Made by a program: the position numbers and the translations under genes. A DNA stretch of 64,000 nt from Lingula anatina. Its lineage: Eukaryota; Animalia; Brachiopoda. The stretch is taken from contig CM120641.1 of the NCBI GenBank assembly GCA_051362555.1, positions 9,672,001 to 9,736,000 of the forward strand, given 5' to 3'. Shown here piece after piece: positions 41,359 through 53,500 of the stretch. Position 1 is the first letter of the stretch; each line of letters starts with the position of its first letter. Below the pieces are notes generated by a model that did not search any database, was not told the origin of the DNA, and saw only the letters and a program-made list of their open reading frames with translations.

Positions 41359-44300
41359 TCAAAAGTAACTCCTAACATATCTAGTGAAAAAGCGCAGCAA
41401 CCAATGAACTTGTCTATGTGGTTGCTGAAAGGTTTCCTCATCAACTGCCTCACCATGAGCCCACAGGTTTGATGCTTCCTAAACCCAAATAAAATAGTTG
41501 TTATTGAGTTTTAGCAAAAAGAGAAACAAAATGCATATTTAACAAAATTGGATTTCTACTTGTATAACAATTATTGAAAAAAAGAAAAACTGAAAAGATG
41601 ATTTTTTTCTCAACACAGTAAATTTGCATGAAAACTCAAATAGGGATTGGGGAATATTTTTCTCAGATCAGCAATATGTCACATCTAGAATACCTGATGG
41701 AGCTGTTCTTTAAGCTGGCTGTTAGTGGTTATTACTGCTATTTGTGCCTCTAGGTCTCTATTAACTGATCTGTGCCCTGGATGTTGAATATGACAAATAC
41801 ATTATATTTTTTAAGTATGTGAAAGAATACAGAGACAAGTAATGAAAATACCCCATTAAAACAACTTGATTCATAATATAAACCTGTGAACTATTAACAA
41901 GTCCATTAAAGTCAGTTTTATATAGATCTGTGTAAAATTGGTTTTAACTTCAACATTCCATCTACAGGAGTTATAGCTAACAATTATCTTCACGAGTCAC
42001 GACTAAAAATACCTCTAAAACCTTATTCACAGCACCGCTTACCAAAGTTGGGGGACCCAACAAATGTGACAGAAGGTAAATTACTCCCTGGGAGATAGTA
42101 CCACAATCCTTTGGCATGGTATGTCCACTGGGGTTTGTAAAATTCGAACAACTTGATTCTCTCTTCAAGATTCATAGCACATATCCTGTCATAGAAACCC
42201 TTGGCTATGTGAGTGTACACTGCTGGGATATTACCTGCCAAACCTCTGGCACCATAGAAACCATTCACCTGATAATATACAAATTATTTAGTTTTGGTAA
42301 AAACAGAATGCATGGCACAGGAAACAATTCATCTAATCATACACATTGTAAGTTTTGTAAAAATGTCTATATATCACAACACACACAAACACACACACAC
42401 ACGAAAATGCTTAGATGATAAACAGTAACTGAAATGTCTACTTATCAAATGTCAACACCACAGATTCACCCACCTCTTCAGAAGCCATCAATATGCTGAA
42501 GTTTGCCCTTGAATTTTGCAAAATAACATCCATATAATGATCCGTCAGGTTAAAGTAACCGGAAGCCATGAGAATTTTACTGTTTGGGAGAGCCTTTTTC
42601 CAGAAACCCTGAGTTACATCGTGATCATGAGTTATTCCAAATATGCCCATCTGTACCAATGGACAGACCCATGTGTCAACATCACCCTCAACAGAGTTTG
42701 ATTCTTTGGATTTATTTTCACTGACTTTAATATTCCCACTCTCATTTTCACCAGAGTTTGCTGTGGAAGACTGACTGGTATTTATCTGCAGGTTTTCCGA
42801 TTCTTTGTTTTCATGGTTTTCAGTGCAAAAAAAATCTTTGGATAACACTTTTTGCAGTCTTTTTCTTGCTTCTTGTTTGAAAGACCCCTGGTCTCCTGCA
42901 AAATTCAAATTTTCAAATGCATAATGTGAACCTAGCTGCACATCATACCATATGGGAAAAACAAACAGCATTTTTCAAAAATCAATAAGACCACATTTGT
43001 AACCTTGATGAGTTTGCACCTTATAAACGAAGCACTTCAAGGCAGTGCAAGTTTAAACATGTATCTTATATTTTTCAATTTACTATTGGATGTACAAAGT
43101 CTATAGAGACAACAAAAATTATGTGTCCTCCTCACAAGGACCTCTGGTAAGTCCAATTAAAGATTAGAAAAGTTTTCAAAATTCATCATTTAAATAAAAA
43201 GTGATAATATCCTCATGGCATTGCTTATTTCCATTAAGTCAAATGCAGAAAATAATGGAAATTATTTTCTAAGACTGCATTCAGATTCAAACACCAGATG
43301 AGCTGGATTGATCCAACTCTGCAGGGATTCTTATTTATTGCATTCAGTGTAATCAGCTTAATTGTCTGACACACCTTGATGGAAAGGGGGTAACTAACTT
43401 TTGTGTGCATTCAGCTAAGGCTCCATTCACATGGAAAATCTATTTTCTAAAAATCTATTTTCGGTATCTTGTGATCACAGTCTGTGCCCTGGATACCCTG
43501 CGGTGTAATTACTGGCAGCGCGAGCGAGTTACTTCCAAAGCTGTAATTAATTTTCGGCTGCGCTCGGAGGAGATTCTGATACCTTGACGAGCGAGCACAG
43601 CCTCCAAGCGCAGCCGAAAATTAATTTCAGCTTTGGAAGTAACTCCCTCGCGCTTCCAGTAATTACGCCGCAGTGTATCCAAGGCACAGACCGTGATCAC
43701 AAGATACCTAAAATAGATTTTTAGATTTTTAGAAAATAGATTTTCCATGTGAATGGAGCCTTAGTTACTCCCCCCCCCCAACTCTAGGTGGCATTTCAGA
43801 CATTTCAATCAATTACAGTGATTGCATTTAGGGAGAATCAATCCAGTTAGTATGACTAGTTTATCTATACATTCCCTTAAATTACTATCATGTTCAGCAT
43901 TTTTCCTGAAATCTAAAAGAACTTGATAAACAAAACAAAAATAAAATAAAATAAAATAAAATAAAATAAAATAAAATAATAAAAAAAAAACAAGATATGT
44001 CAACAAAAACCTGATCTCTCTCTCTTTCATGCTCACTTGCACACACACTAGAATGACAATGCTACTTTTATAAAATTAATAGTGTCTTACCTAAATATGG
44101 ATGTAATTCCAGGTCATTATTCAAACTCACTGTATCATCTGGTGCAAGTTGGAATGAAAATGATGACACAGCAGATATTAAGTTGTTGAAGAAATCTGCA
44201 ACCTCAGGGGAGTTCTCAATGACAACATAACGATCTTGTCTGTTAGTGAAATAAGACTCACTGAGGTTTGCCCTAGAAGAACAATAGAATAAAGGTCATA

Positions 44301-46917
44301 TTTATATAAGCTTTATTGAAATATTCAATTCTGAATTATTTCTATAGCAATAAACAAGTATCTATATATATATATGATTTATAACATGTACATGAAGTGA
44401 ACAGCTAGTTTACTCTCCACCAAGTACCACACCTTTCCATAGGAACTGAAAATGAAGACAGCGAGGGGTTCTCCAAGTGAAAACTTGGTTACACACTATT
44501 CAGAAACCCTTAAACTGACATTACTGACTTTCTTCTATACAGATAAACTTTGAATAAGGACAATGGTGAGGCACAATGGGTCTCACATTGAGACAGTGTT
44601 GTAGTGAGCAGTTCACAATTTCATAACATCAGTCATAAGTCCCAAGTGTTGGAATGAAAGCTTTCACTTTGGTACAAGTATGCCTTCATACAATTTATCT
44701 GCACTGAATGTGAACACAGAAATACCAGTATGCATTCCTACACATTGTGACACAATCATAAAAAATCTGACACATAAAATGTATTACCTACCCACTTATT
44801 ATCACAGTGTCATCAAATATATAACTCTTGATGTGCTGCACACCAATGGTCTCGTTTACCCTCTCTGGAATGAGCTTCTTCCAAATTCCCCTCAGTTCTG
44901 GAGTGTGGAATAGTGACACTTGGACAGTGGTCTCTGTGTCTTTTAATAATGGAAGAAGTAAACTCCGAGAATTCCTTTCTCCTCTTGTACCTCTGGTATA
45001 GTCTAAAAGGACATGGACTTTCAATCCTTGTGAGCTCTTCTGTCTAGATACATTATGTAAGCAGTTAATCTGAAAATGGAGAAATGTTTATAAGGTTTGC
45101 TGTAAAAAGAAAATAAATGTTTAGAGTTTCAGATTTGAAGCAAAAGCTTGTAATGTACATTATATTGTCAAAGCAAAAACTGTATCTATTTTCATGTTAC
45201 TTAGACCCCATTCGCAGAGATTAGATCGATCCAACAAGATCGACCAAACTCCCTAGGGGTTCACGCTAAATAGCTATCAGCCGAGCGGGCACGAAAGTTA
45301 ATTACCCCCTTACAGCTTGTAGTAGGCAGGACCGACATTTAAGCCAGATTATCTGACAGTAACCTAGAGAGACTCCCCACGGGGATAGATCGATCTAAAA
45401 TCTATGGGAATGCACCCTTACTATCAAAATTTCAGATACATAAATAACATGGCTTTGGGGAACTAACAGAAAAACTTTTCTATAAATAACAATCATGAGA
45501 CATAATTTGTATGACACATACTCTCTTTTACTGAAGAAAAACAAATGAACATAAAAAATTACAGCTCTGAAAAATTATAAAATTTATTGTTGTTTGTAAA
45601 CAGGCAGTGCATGCTGAAAATTACAATAAAATGTAATAAATAAGATGAAAAATGGCTCTAAATATATTTTCGTTTGAAATAAAAATACTGGTCTTATTAT
45701 AGAATTTAATTTTTGAAAAGATAGGGCTATAAAACTGTAGATAAAGAATAAGAAGACAGTATCATAATCATAGTATGAAATCACTTATATCAAGTGGATT
45801 TTCTGAATTCAAAATGTTTTCTATATACAATTTACTCACCAGTTCTTTTTCAAGAGCACCAGTACCTAGGTACAGGGCTGATATCACTATCCTTTTCTCT
45901 GCCTTTCTCGCATTGGCCTAAAACATCAACACTTATAAAACAGCAAATACTAAATTTGAAATAATATTATATTATTATTAACATAAATAGTATTCAATCA
46001 ACCAATTAAGTTAAAGGGGATGTGTGGGGATTTCTATTATCTGTCAAAAATCATATTCCAACCTTTTTATTTTGTAGGTATAGTGTTCACTTTATTACTC
46101 CAAAAGCTTATAAAATATTGAAATCAAACACTTTCAAATTTGCAGCACTTTTCATATAGTATATTCATACTGTAGAGGTATTTAAGGGTATTTAAGGCTA
46201 GGGAATCACCTAAACATTGTTGATTGCACCAGGAGAACTTTGTTTAATTATCACATTTTAATGGCTGGTTTACAATTCCTTTAAAGAGATTTCAAATAGT
46301 TGATGCAGATTTTTAACGGTTAAGACTTTGAACTCTTGCTTATATTTACTGTCTTTTACATCCCACATCATTACTCCCCCACATTATTACTTCCCCTCAC
46401 CATAATTACCCCTTTTTTATTCTCCAATAGTAAAAACGTGACATGCATGCACATAAAAACTGGGAGCCAAATGTGACACATTTTAATCATCATTTCGAAA
46501 CCAATCAGGGGAGTAATAATTTAGAATAGCAATATGTGGGGGATTAACCACGCTGAGACATATTAATGCAGGTAATATCATGATTTTGCTGAGGGGAGTC
46601 ACAGGAAAGATTAAACTATGTAGGGGAGTAATGATTGGTGCAGAGATGATGCCTTACTTTCAATGCTTCAAAGTATTCGGTGGGCGTATCCAATATTCTA
46701 ACATTTCTTCCACAAACCCCAAAACATGGAGACACTGTCTTGAACCAGTTTAATATCTGCAGTAAATCCTTTCTCATTTCATCCATACAAGTGTCTACTC
46801 TGAAAATAGCATCAAATTTTATGCAGGAACTATGAAGAATGCTTACATTTCGTGTGGGACCAATACATCTTTTGGGTGAACGGAATTAATTATTTTTTTA
46901 CGTGAAAGCCATCGCAT
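41359..46917 (-). CDS. PGS1: CDP-diacylglycerol--glycerol-3-phosphate 3-phosphatidyltransferase, mitochondrial
   Basis: Exons 46917-46847, 46799-46658, 45917-45840, 45069-44792, 44272-44091, 42895-42474, 42268-42043, 41776-41694 and 41478-41359. Motifs LDYTRGTRG, NETIGVQHIKSYIFDDTVIISGANLS, ASGYFNLT, WTYHAKGLW, GSPNFGHRSVNRDLEAQ. The first exon is less certain. Confidence 0.95.
43417..43762. mobile_element. Near-perfect fold-back MITE in a PGS1 intron
   Basis: taaggctccattcacatggaaaatctatttt ... aaaatagattttccatgtgaatggagcctta. Arms of about 150 bp with a short loop. TA/TWA-type flanks (Harbinger- or Tc1-like). Confidence 0.9.
43937..43977. repeat. (AAAAT)n repeat
   Basis: Directly visible. 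Confidence 0.9.
45206..45420. mobile_element. Palindromic MITE, diverged copy 2 (PGS1 intron)
   Basis: Shares tagatcgatcca, ctccct.gggg, taattaccccct, gagactcccca..g.gatagatcga and gggaatg with copy 1. Confidence 0.7.
46367..46635. repeat. Old inverted-repeat element with recurring ttactcccc motifs
   Basis: atcattactcccccacat (46367-46384) versus atgtaggggagtaatgat (46618-46635), 17/18 complementary, plus internal motif copies. Confidence 0.55.
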
Positions 46918-47531
46918 TCCCACAAAATACACATTTCGCTTAACATGCCACTGCGCAACACTACACCAGAGAAACGGGACTGCACCGGACTCGCTGTTAA
47001 GTAGGTTACTAACGGAGCTTTAAATTGTGCAACCCATGGTTTTTTTTTTTTACCATTGGCAGATAGCACTACTTATTAGCGTAATCAGCGCAACTGAAAC
47101 AAGACTCTAGCATGCTTTTAACTCGAAACAAAACGCTACTATGATATTAGCTAGGAACTTGCAGGCATTACCCAACAATTGAAATGTTGACATCAGTGTA
47201 ACGCCCACGTGCTGCCCTTTTTTGAACGAAAGAGAGGTCACATCAAATCGAGGCTATCGAGGGGGGTATTTACCTTAGCAACAGTGTTAGATACGTCTAA
47301 CTTCGACGCCATATTTGTTTTCTCCGTCCAGAAGATATCTCCTTCTTTGGACAAAGTTTCTTTAATGCTGAGAAACTTGAAGGACAAAAGACAGGAAAGT
47401 GTTCAGATAGATAGCTAATGGGTAATCACTGTTGATAGCCTGATTTTAATATCAGCTGCACTAGTATTATTGCAGAAATTTGATTTGAACTTTGAAACAT
47501 TTGCCTCTTTAGCACCTGCAAACAGTGAAAA
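46918..47531. promoter_or_regulatory. Bidirectional promoter region of PGS1 and the dynein heavy chain
   Basis: Divergent start codons about 615 bp apart, locally CpG-rich. Contains X-box-like tttaccttagcaac (47269-47282) and YY1-like cgccatattt. Confidence 0.65.
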
Positions 47532-50500
47532 ATGGCTTCAGATCTTGAGCTTGGCGACTCTCGGGTCGAGTTCATCGCAGACTATGTATTGAAAACAATG
47601 AAACTGAAGCCAGATAAGTGGATGAAGATGTACAACCAAGAAGAGTACAAATTGATGATACTAGAGTATTTTGACAAGACAGACGTCCAGAATCTTATAC
47701 TTCTTGTAAACTCTGCTGGAGTGATAACTCCACAGTACGAATGGCCGACAAATTTTAAGGGGAAGGCATGTTATTTTGTGAAGAAGGGAACTGGTGCTAT
47801 CAACAAAGACAATCCAGTAAGGAATGCAACTGTCTACGGTGACCTGTCTCATTCTCCACTGGACCAACTGTCTGCGTTTGTTGATGAGGTAAACAAATGT
47901 CCTGATTTGTGTAAATGATGATGATTTGTGAATATTTCATATTTATATTTGGTTTTTAATTTCTCACTATATGAAAAGAATGATTGACAAATACAGCAGG
48001 TACTTTTGAAATAAAGTGTCCAAAGGATTTTCTGTTACTTATTTACTATTTGCATTTGCCTATGTGCATGTACCCTAAATAGCATAAAAATTTCAAAATG
48101 TGCATATGCAGATGAAATCTTAACATTAATGCCATGTGATTTTTAAGTAATTTCTTTCTTTTGATTAAGTCATTATTATTATTATTATTATTTAAAGAAA
48201 ACTTAAACCATTAATTTGACGGTTTGATCACACTCGGCTGTCACCTTGATTGGATAGTAAACGATTGTCGTAAAATCGCTAAATGATATTAAAACCCGGT
48301 GCATAAACTTGGAAACCACCTAGGACAACCTTGGACTGCCACATTAATCCAATACAATGCAAAAATAAACTATAACAAGTGGTTAAAGCCTTCAAACCGA
48401 ATGCCGTAAAGTCCCCATATACCCCATATACCTCGCAAATACTGCAGGCTACATCATCCCATTACGAAAAAGAAGCCATGCCATTGGACAATGCGACCTC
48501 TGCGGTTACGTCATTTCCTGAATTGGATTGTAGAGAGGACCAACTTAAACATCAGAGGTGGAATTTGGATATACGGTTTGATTGTGTGTATGCCATGCAC
48601 GGAATTTACAAACGAGCGATGGGATGATGTAGCCTGCAGTATTTGCGGTAAGCGTGCCAAGTTTTAGGCCGCTCCGATGCCCGGCAGTATTTTATTTCGA
48701 TTATTATGTTCAAAATGGTTTATTCTTGTTTCACAAGCTTACTCTATTTTATTGTCTCTATGGAGGTATATGGGGACTTTACGGCATTCGGTTTGAAGGC
48801 TTTAACCACTTGTTATAGTTTATTTTTGCATTGTATTGGATTAATGTGGCAGTCCAAGGTTGTCCTAGGTGGTTTTCAAGTTTATGCACCCGGTTTTAAT
48901 ACCATTTAGCGATTTTACGACAATCGTTTACTATCCAATCAAGGTGACAGCCGAGCGTGGGTTTGATTATGTTGTTTACCTTTAAATTTGAATTTTATTT
49001 GTAGATCCTTGTGCCTTTACTGTCAAATGAACAAAACCATGACCAGTGGCCTCAGGTTGTGTCTGCTGATGTAAAGAGGCATGTCCACAATCTTAAAAGC
49101 AACGTCTATGTGGTAGCAGGACAGGTGAAGGGGAAAACTCTACTGCCTCTACCTGTAGGCTCTACCAGAGTGGAAGAAGCTGCTCAGGAAGAAGCAAAGT
49201 AAGACACTGCATGGTCATTCATGAAGTGAAAAATTCATCTGGCTCAGCCCTTGTTAAAATGATTTGGAAATCAATGAGTGTGTTTTTGTGTTAGTGAACA
49301 AATAAGCAATTTTTGTTTAAATAATTATTTTCATTTGCCCCTTGTTCATGGCTAATATGGCTCATCAGATAATTTTGTCAAACTAAGTCAACAATTATTC
49401 ACCTTAAATATCACTTTGTATATTGTTACCTACTCTTTAGATAACATCTATTAAACCATGCTCATGCCATTTTTCAGAGGTGATACATATGACAGAAATC
49501 TAGTACATGCCATTGAATCTGTTATCATCGAGTGGACACATCAGATCCGTGATGTACTGAAGAAGGATTCTGCTCAGCCACTCCTTGAGGGTTTGAATCC
49601 AACACCTAGTGTGGAAATTGAATTCTGGAAGGCAAAGGTGGCTAATCTTGAATGCATCTTTGATCAGGTAAGTGGCACATGTGATGTGTTTGTTAAATAT
49701 TCATTTTTATTTATTGCTTTTTGTGAATTTGATAAATTACTTATTGTTTTATTTCTGATGATGCATTTTATTATACAAAGTGTGAACCTTATTACCATGT
49801 TCACCTGAGTATTGAAAGTTATGAATATATTTTGTGCAGTTAAGTTAATATATATTTCCCTTAATCATGTGAGTTATTGTCATAGAAATCAGTGACAGAT
49901 GTGTTTGATTGATTTAGCTCCGGGATCCCAAAGTGCGCAAAATGGCTGAACTTTTAGAAAAGACAAACAGCAGCTATTTCCCATCTTTCAAGAATCTGTT
50001 CAGAGATGTGGTTGCAGGTATGTGTTACATGAATTTCTATATTTTAATTCAGATCTAAAAGAAGCAGCCTATAACTTCTTTTTATATATATGTACTGTGG
50101 GGCCTAACTTAAAAACCAATTTCAATTATATGAATAAATTTTCTGAAAAAAAAATTTATATGTACTGTGCATTTTCAGCCCTAACTGAGGCCCAAGACAT
50201 CAACATGTATTTGAAGCCCCTGAGGAACCATGTAGATGACATTGAAGGTGCAGATTTCTGTGATGTAAAGCCACTGCTGCCACCCCTGATGCATGTCATC
50301 TGTCTGATCTGGTCAAACTCACAGTTCTATAATACCCCAGCCAGAATCATTGTGGTCTTACAAGAAGTTTGCAACACTCTGATCAATTCTGTAAGCATTA
50401 TCATCTTAACCTTTATTGTTTTGTTGCAATAAATATGTTTCATAATGGTACTATTAACATGAGGTTAAATACATAAACAATTTAGAACACATGTAGAAGC

Positions 50501-53500
50501 ACGGAACTTAACTTGGTGAAGTCTAATAATAACTTTTATTCTATTTTCCTACTAAAATATCTTACAGCAGTTAATATATTCAATATTATAGTAATTGGAT
50601 TTGAATTTGTAAATAAATGGATTTATAAATGCACCCAAAGCTTGCACATCCCACCAAGCAGTATTGATCTATTTTGTTCTAGGCCCGCAACTACCTTGAT
50701 CCCACAGAGATATTCAAGGGTGAGGTAGAGGAGACCATTGAGAAAGTCCGTGAAACAGTAGAAATCCTCAAGTACTTCCAAGTCACATATGAAGAACACA
50801 AGGCAAAGTTGAAAGATTACTTCAAGAATGGAGACCCCAAAGAGTGGGAGTTTGCACCTCAGCTCGTCTTCTCACGCTATGATACCTTTGTGCAGAGAGT
50901 GGAAACTGTTAGGGTAAGTGTTTTTAATGTAACTGTTACAGAAGTTGTTGTTTTTAGACCTAAATTTATGGGGATATACCAAGGAAAGAATTTAAGTTTT
51001 GGATTTGTATTTCATTTTGAGTTATCTGGCAAGGGTCAGAATTATTCGTTACTTTAATAATCCTTTTGATTGTATTTTTTTTTCATAAATTTTCATAAAG
51101 TTAGGATAGGTTTGGATTTGTTGTAGTTTTCTTCCTTTTTTATTACCTTCATTACTTAGTAGGAAATACTTCAATTTATGCTTTTGTTTCTACAGGATTT
51201 GTTTGAAACTGCACTGGAGTTCATGAAGCTAGAGAAAATTGAACTTGGGGGCATCAAGGGCAGAAGTCTTAGTGCACAAGTCGTCCAGATCTTTGATGAA
51301 TTCAATGAATTATACAAGATGTTCAGTGAGAGGGCATATGATGCCCTGGATCCCGTGGATACGGTAATTTGGAAATTACTATTTCTTAGTGGCTATTCTG
51401 GGATTATACTAATAAACCTGGAAAGAATCTATTCAAAAGTTACAATCTAATTATCAACTGTTTGTATGTTCTTCAACTCGTAACTAATTTTTATCTGAAA
51501 GTTTTTTTGGCCATAAATTAAGTGGATTAAGATAAATAACACTCTGAGAGGATCCTGCAGTTAAGTAGCCAAGTATTTGCTGTTTTTTAGGAATTTACTG
51601 AAGATTACAAGAATTTCCAAGCAAAGATAGAGGACCTTGATCGTAGATTGGGTGCCATTATTTGCCAGGCCTTTGACGATTGCTCAGGATTGGAATCTGC
51701 TTTGAAGGTAATGATTTTTCAAACTTTGCGAATTTTCCATTTTTTAAGATGACTTATTGCAAAATTATGTTGTACCAATTTCAAAATTTTGGCAAATACA
51801 TTTTAATATTATTGTATAACATGTCCCTTTGAGTTGGATATTTGCTACCAGACAAAAACCAATTTGATGCTAAAATGTGTTACCAGGTAGAAACCCATTT
51901 TGATATTATGATGTTTTTAATTTCAGCTGGTTGACATATTTGGATCACTTTTGGAAAGGCCAATCATCAAAGAGATCTTTGATCCAAGCTATCCAAAGCT
52001 GATTGTGATGATGGATGAAGATCTGGACATGGCCAAATCCATCTATGACCTTCAGATGCAGGTTGTCCAGCAGACAGGAAAGGCTATCTCACATAAGAAT
52101 ATGCCAAAGGTCACTGGTGGGCTGAAATGGGCAACTGAGCTCCGAGAGCGTATCAGTGCTCCCATGGAGAACTTCTCACATATTGAACACCCGTAAGTTT
52201 AAGTATTGGAATCTTTGTTATAAAAGTATATTTTAGGATAAAGTTCCTCTTTTTCAGAGTTCATGGCAAAGCCAAGCAGTGTTGAAGAAATGAACTGTCA
52301 CTGGGCTTGCATAAATAATGTATAATCTGAAACCAAAATAAATATTTAAAGATACATGTAAACCTGGATCTTTCTAAATTATTTTTTATTTTTTCAGATG
52401 TATGGAAGGCGAGGCTGCAAAGAAGATGAAAACAAAATATGAACAGATGTTGGCTCTGCTTGAGAAGTATGTACAAAATTTAGATTCAGATAATGCTCAT
52501 GGATTATTGGCATCTTTTCTTTAATTATAGTTTCTCCAAATGTTTGGTTTTCAGGGTTGCCAGTATTAAAGCAGAAATATGTTGAGTTCTCGATGACAAA
52601 ATAATGATTTGATTAAAATAGGAAAACAAAGGAAAGTAATTAATCAAAATACTTGTAAAATATGCTAAATTATCAAATCTGTAGATTCTCAAATTGTTCT
52701 GTCTTGTGTTAATTGATGCTGTTTGTTTTTCAGATTTGAGAAGCAAATGTATGATGAATGGACTGCTGGTGTTAATGAAGCTTGTTCCTTCAACCTGGCA
52801 CAACCCTTGCTTACAAGGAATGAAGAAACTAAACTGATTGCTGTTAATTTTGATCCACAGGTAAGTTTTACATGGAAATTTTATCCAAAATAAAAAGAAA
52901 ACATTTTTAAATTTCAAATACAAAATAGTTTTCATCCACACTAGCTAATATTAAAAGTTGTTAATTTGAAATCATTTTTAAAGTTGCACGTATGCAATTT
53001 TCACATAGTGTTACCATATAACTCTATCACCATTCTTTCAGCTTGTGGCAGTGCTTCGAGAAGTGAAGTACCTTGAAATTAAAGGCCAAGAGGATATACC
53101 AGAAGCCGCATCTGGGCTTTATCAAAGAAATGAAACATATCGCCAGTTCAATGGCAATTTGGACTTGACTGTGCAGTGGTATAATAAGGTTAGAGAGACA
53201 ATCCTTGAAGTGGAGTACCCACTTATTGAAGGGCAGCTGGCAGATATAGACAAGCAGCTAGAAAAGGCAGAGAAAGATCTGAATTGGGAAGAAAAAGGTG
53301 AGAAGGCTTTTGAAAGGTTTTTGACAATTTTTTTTTTTTTGATTGATGAACTTAGAAGTTGCTATAAATATGTTTATTCAAGGGTGTGAGAAGTACTTCA
53401 CTACATATGAACAATAAATAAGATGGTGGAAATACAGGTCTGTAAATGAAAGTCTAAATGCTGCTTTTTTATTATTTTAGGTGCATGGGATTATATTGTG

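Noticed and set aside
42690-42830. Acidic Ser/Asn-rich insert in PGS1
   Set aside because: It falls in the variable loop between the two phospholipase-D-type halves and is probably neutral length variation.
43405-43748. Two similar ORFs on opposite strands
   Set aside because: A consequence of the palindromic MITE, with no coding signature.
48379-48909. ORFs inside the fold-back element as a transposase
   Set aside because: Short, with no transposase motifs.
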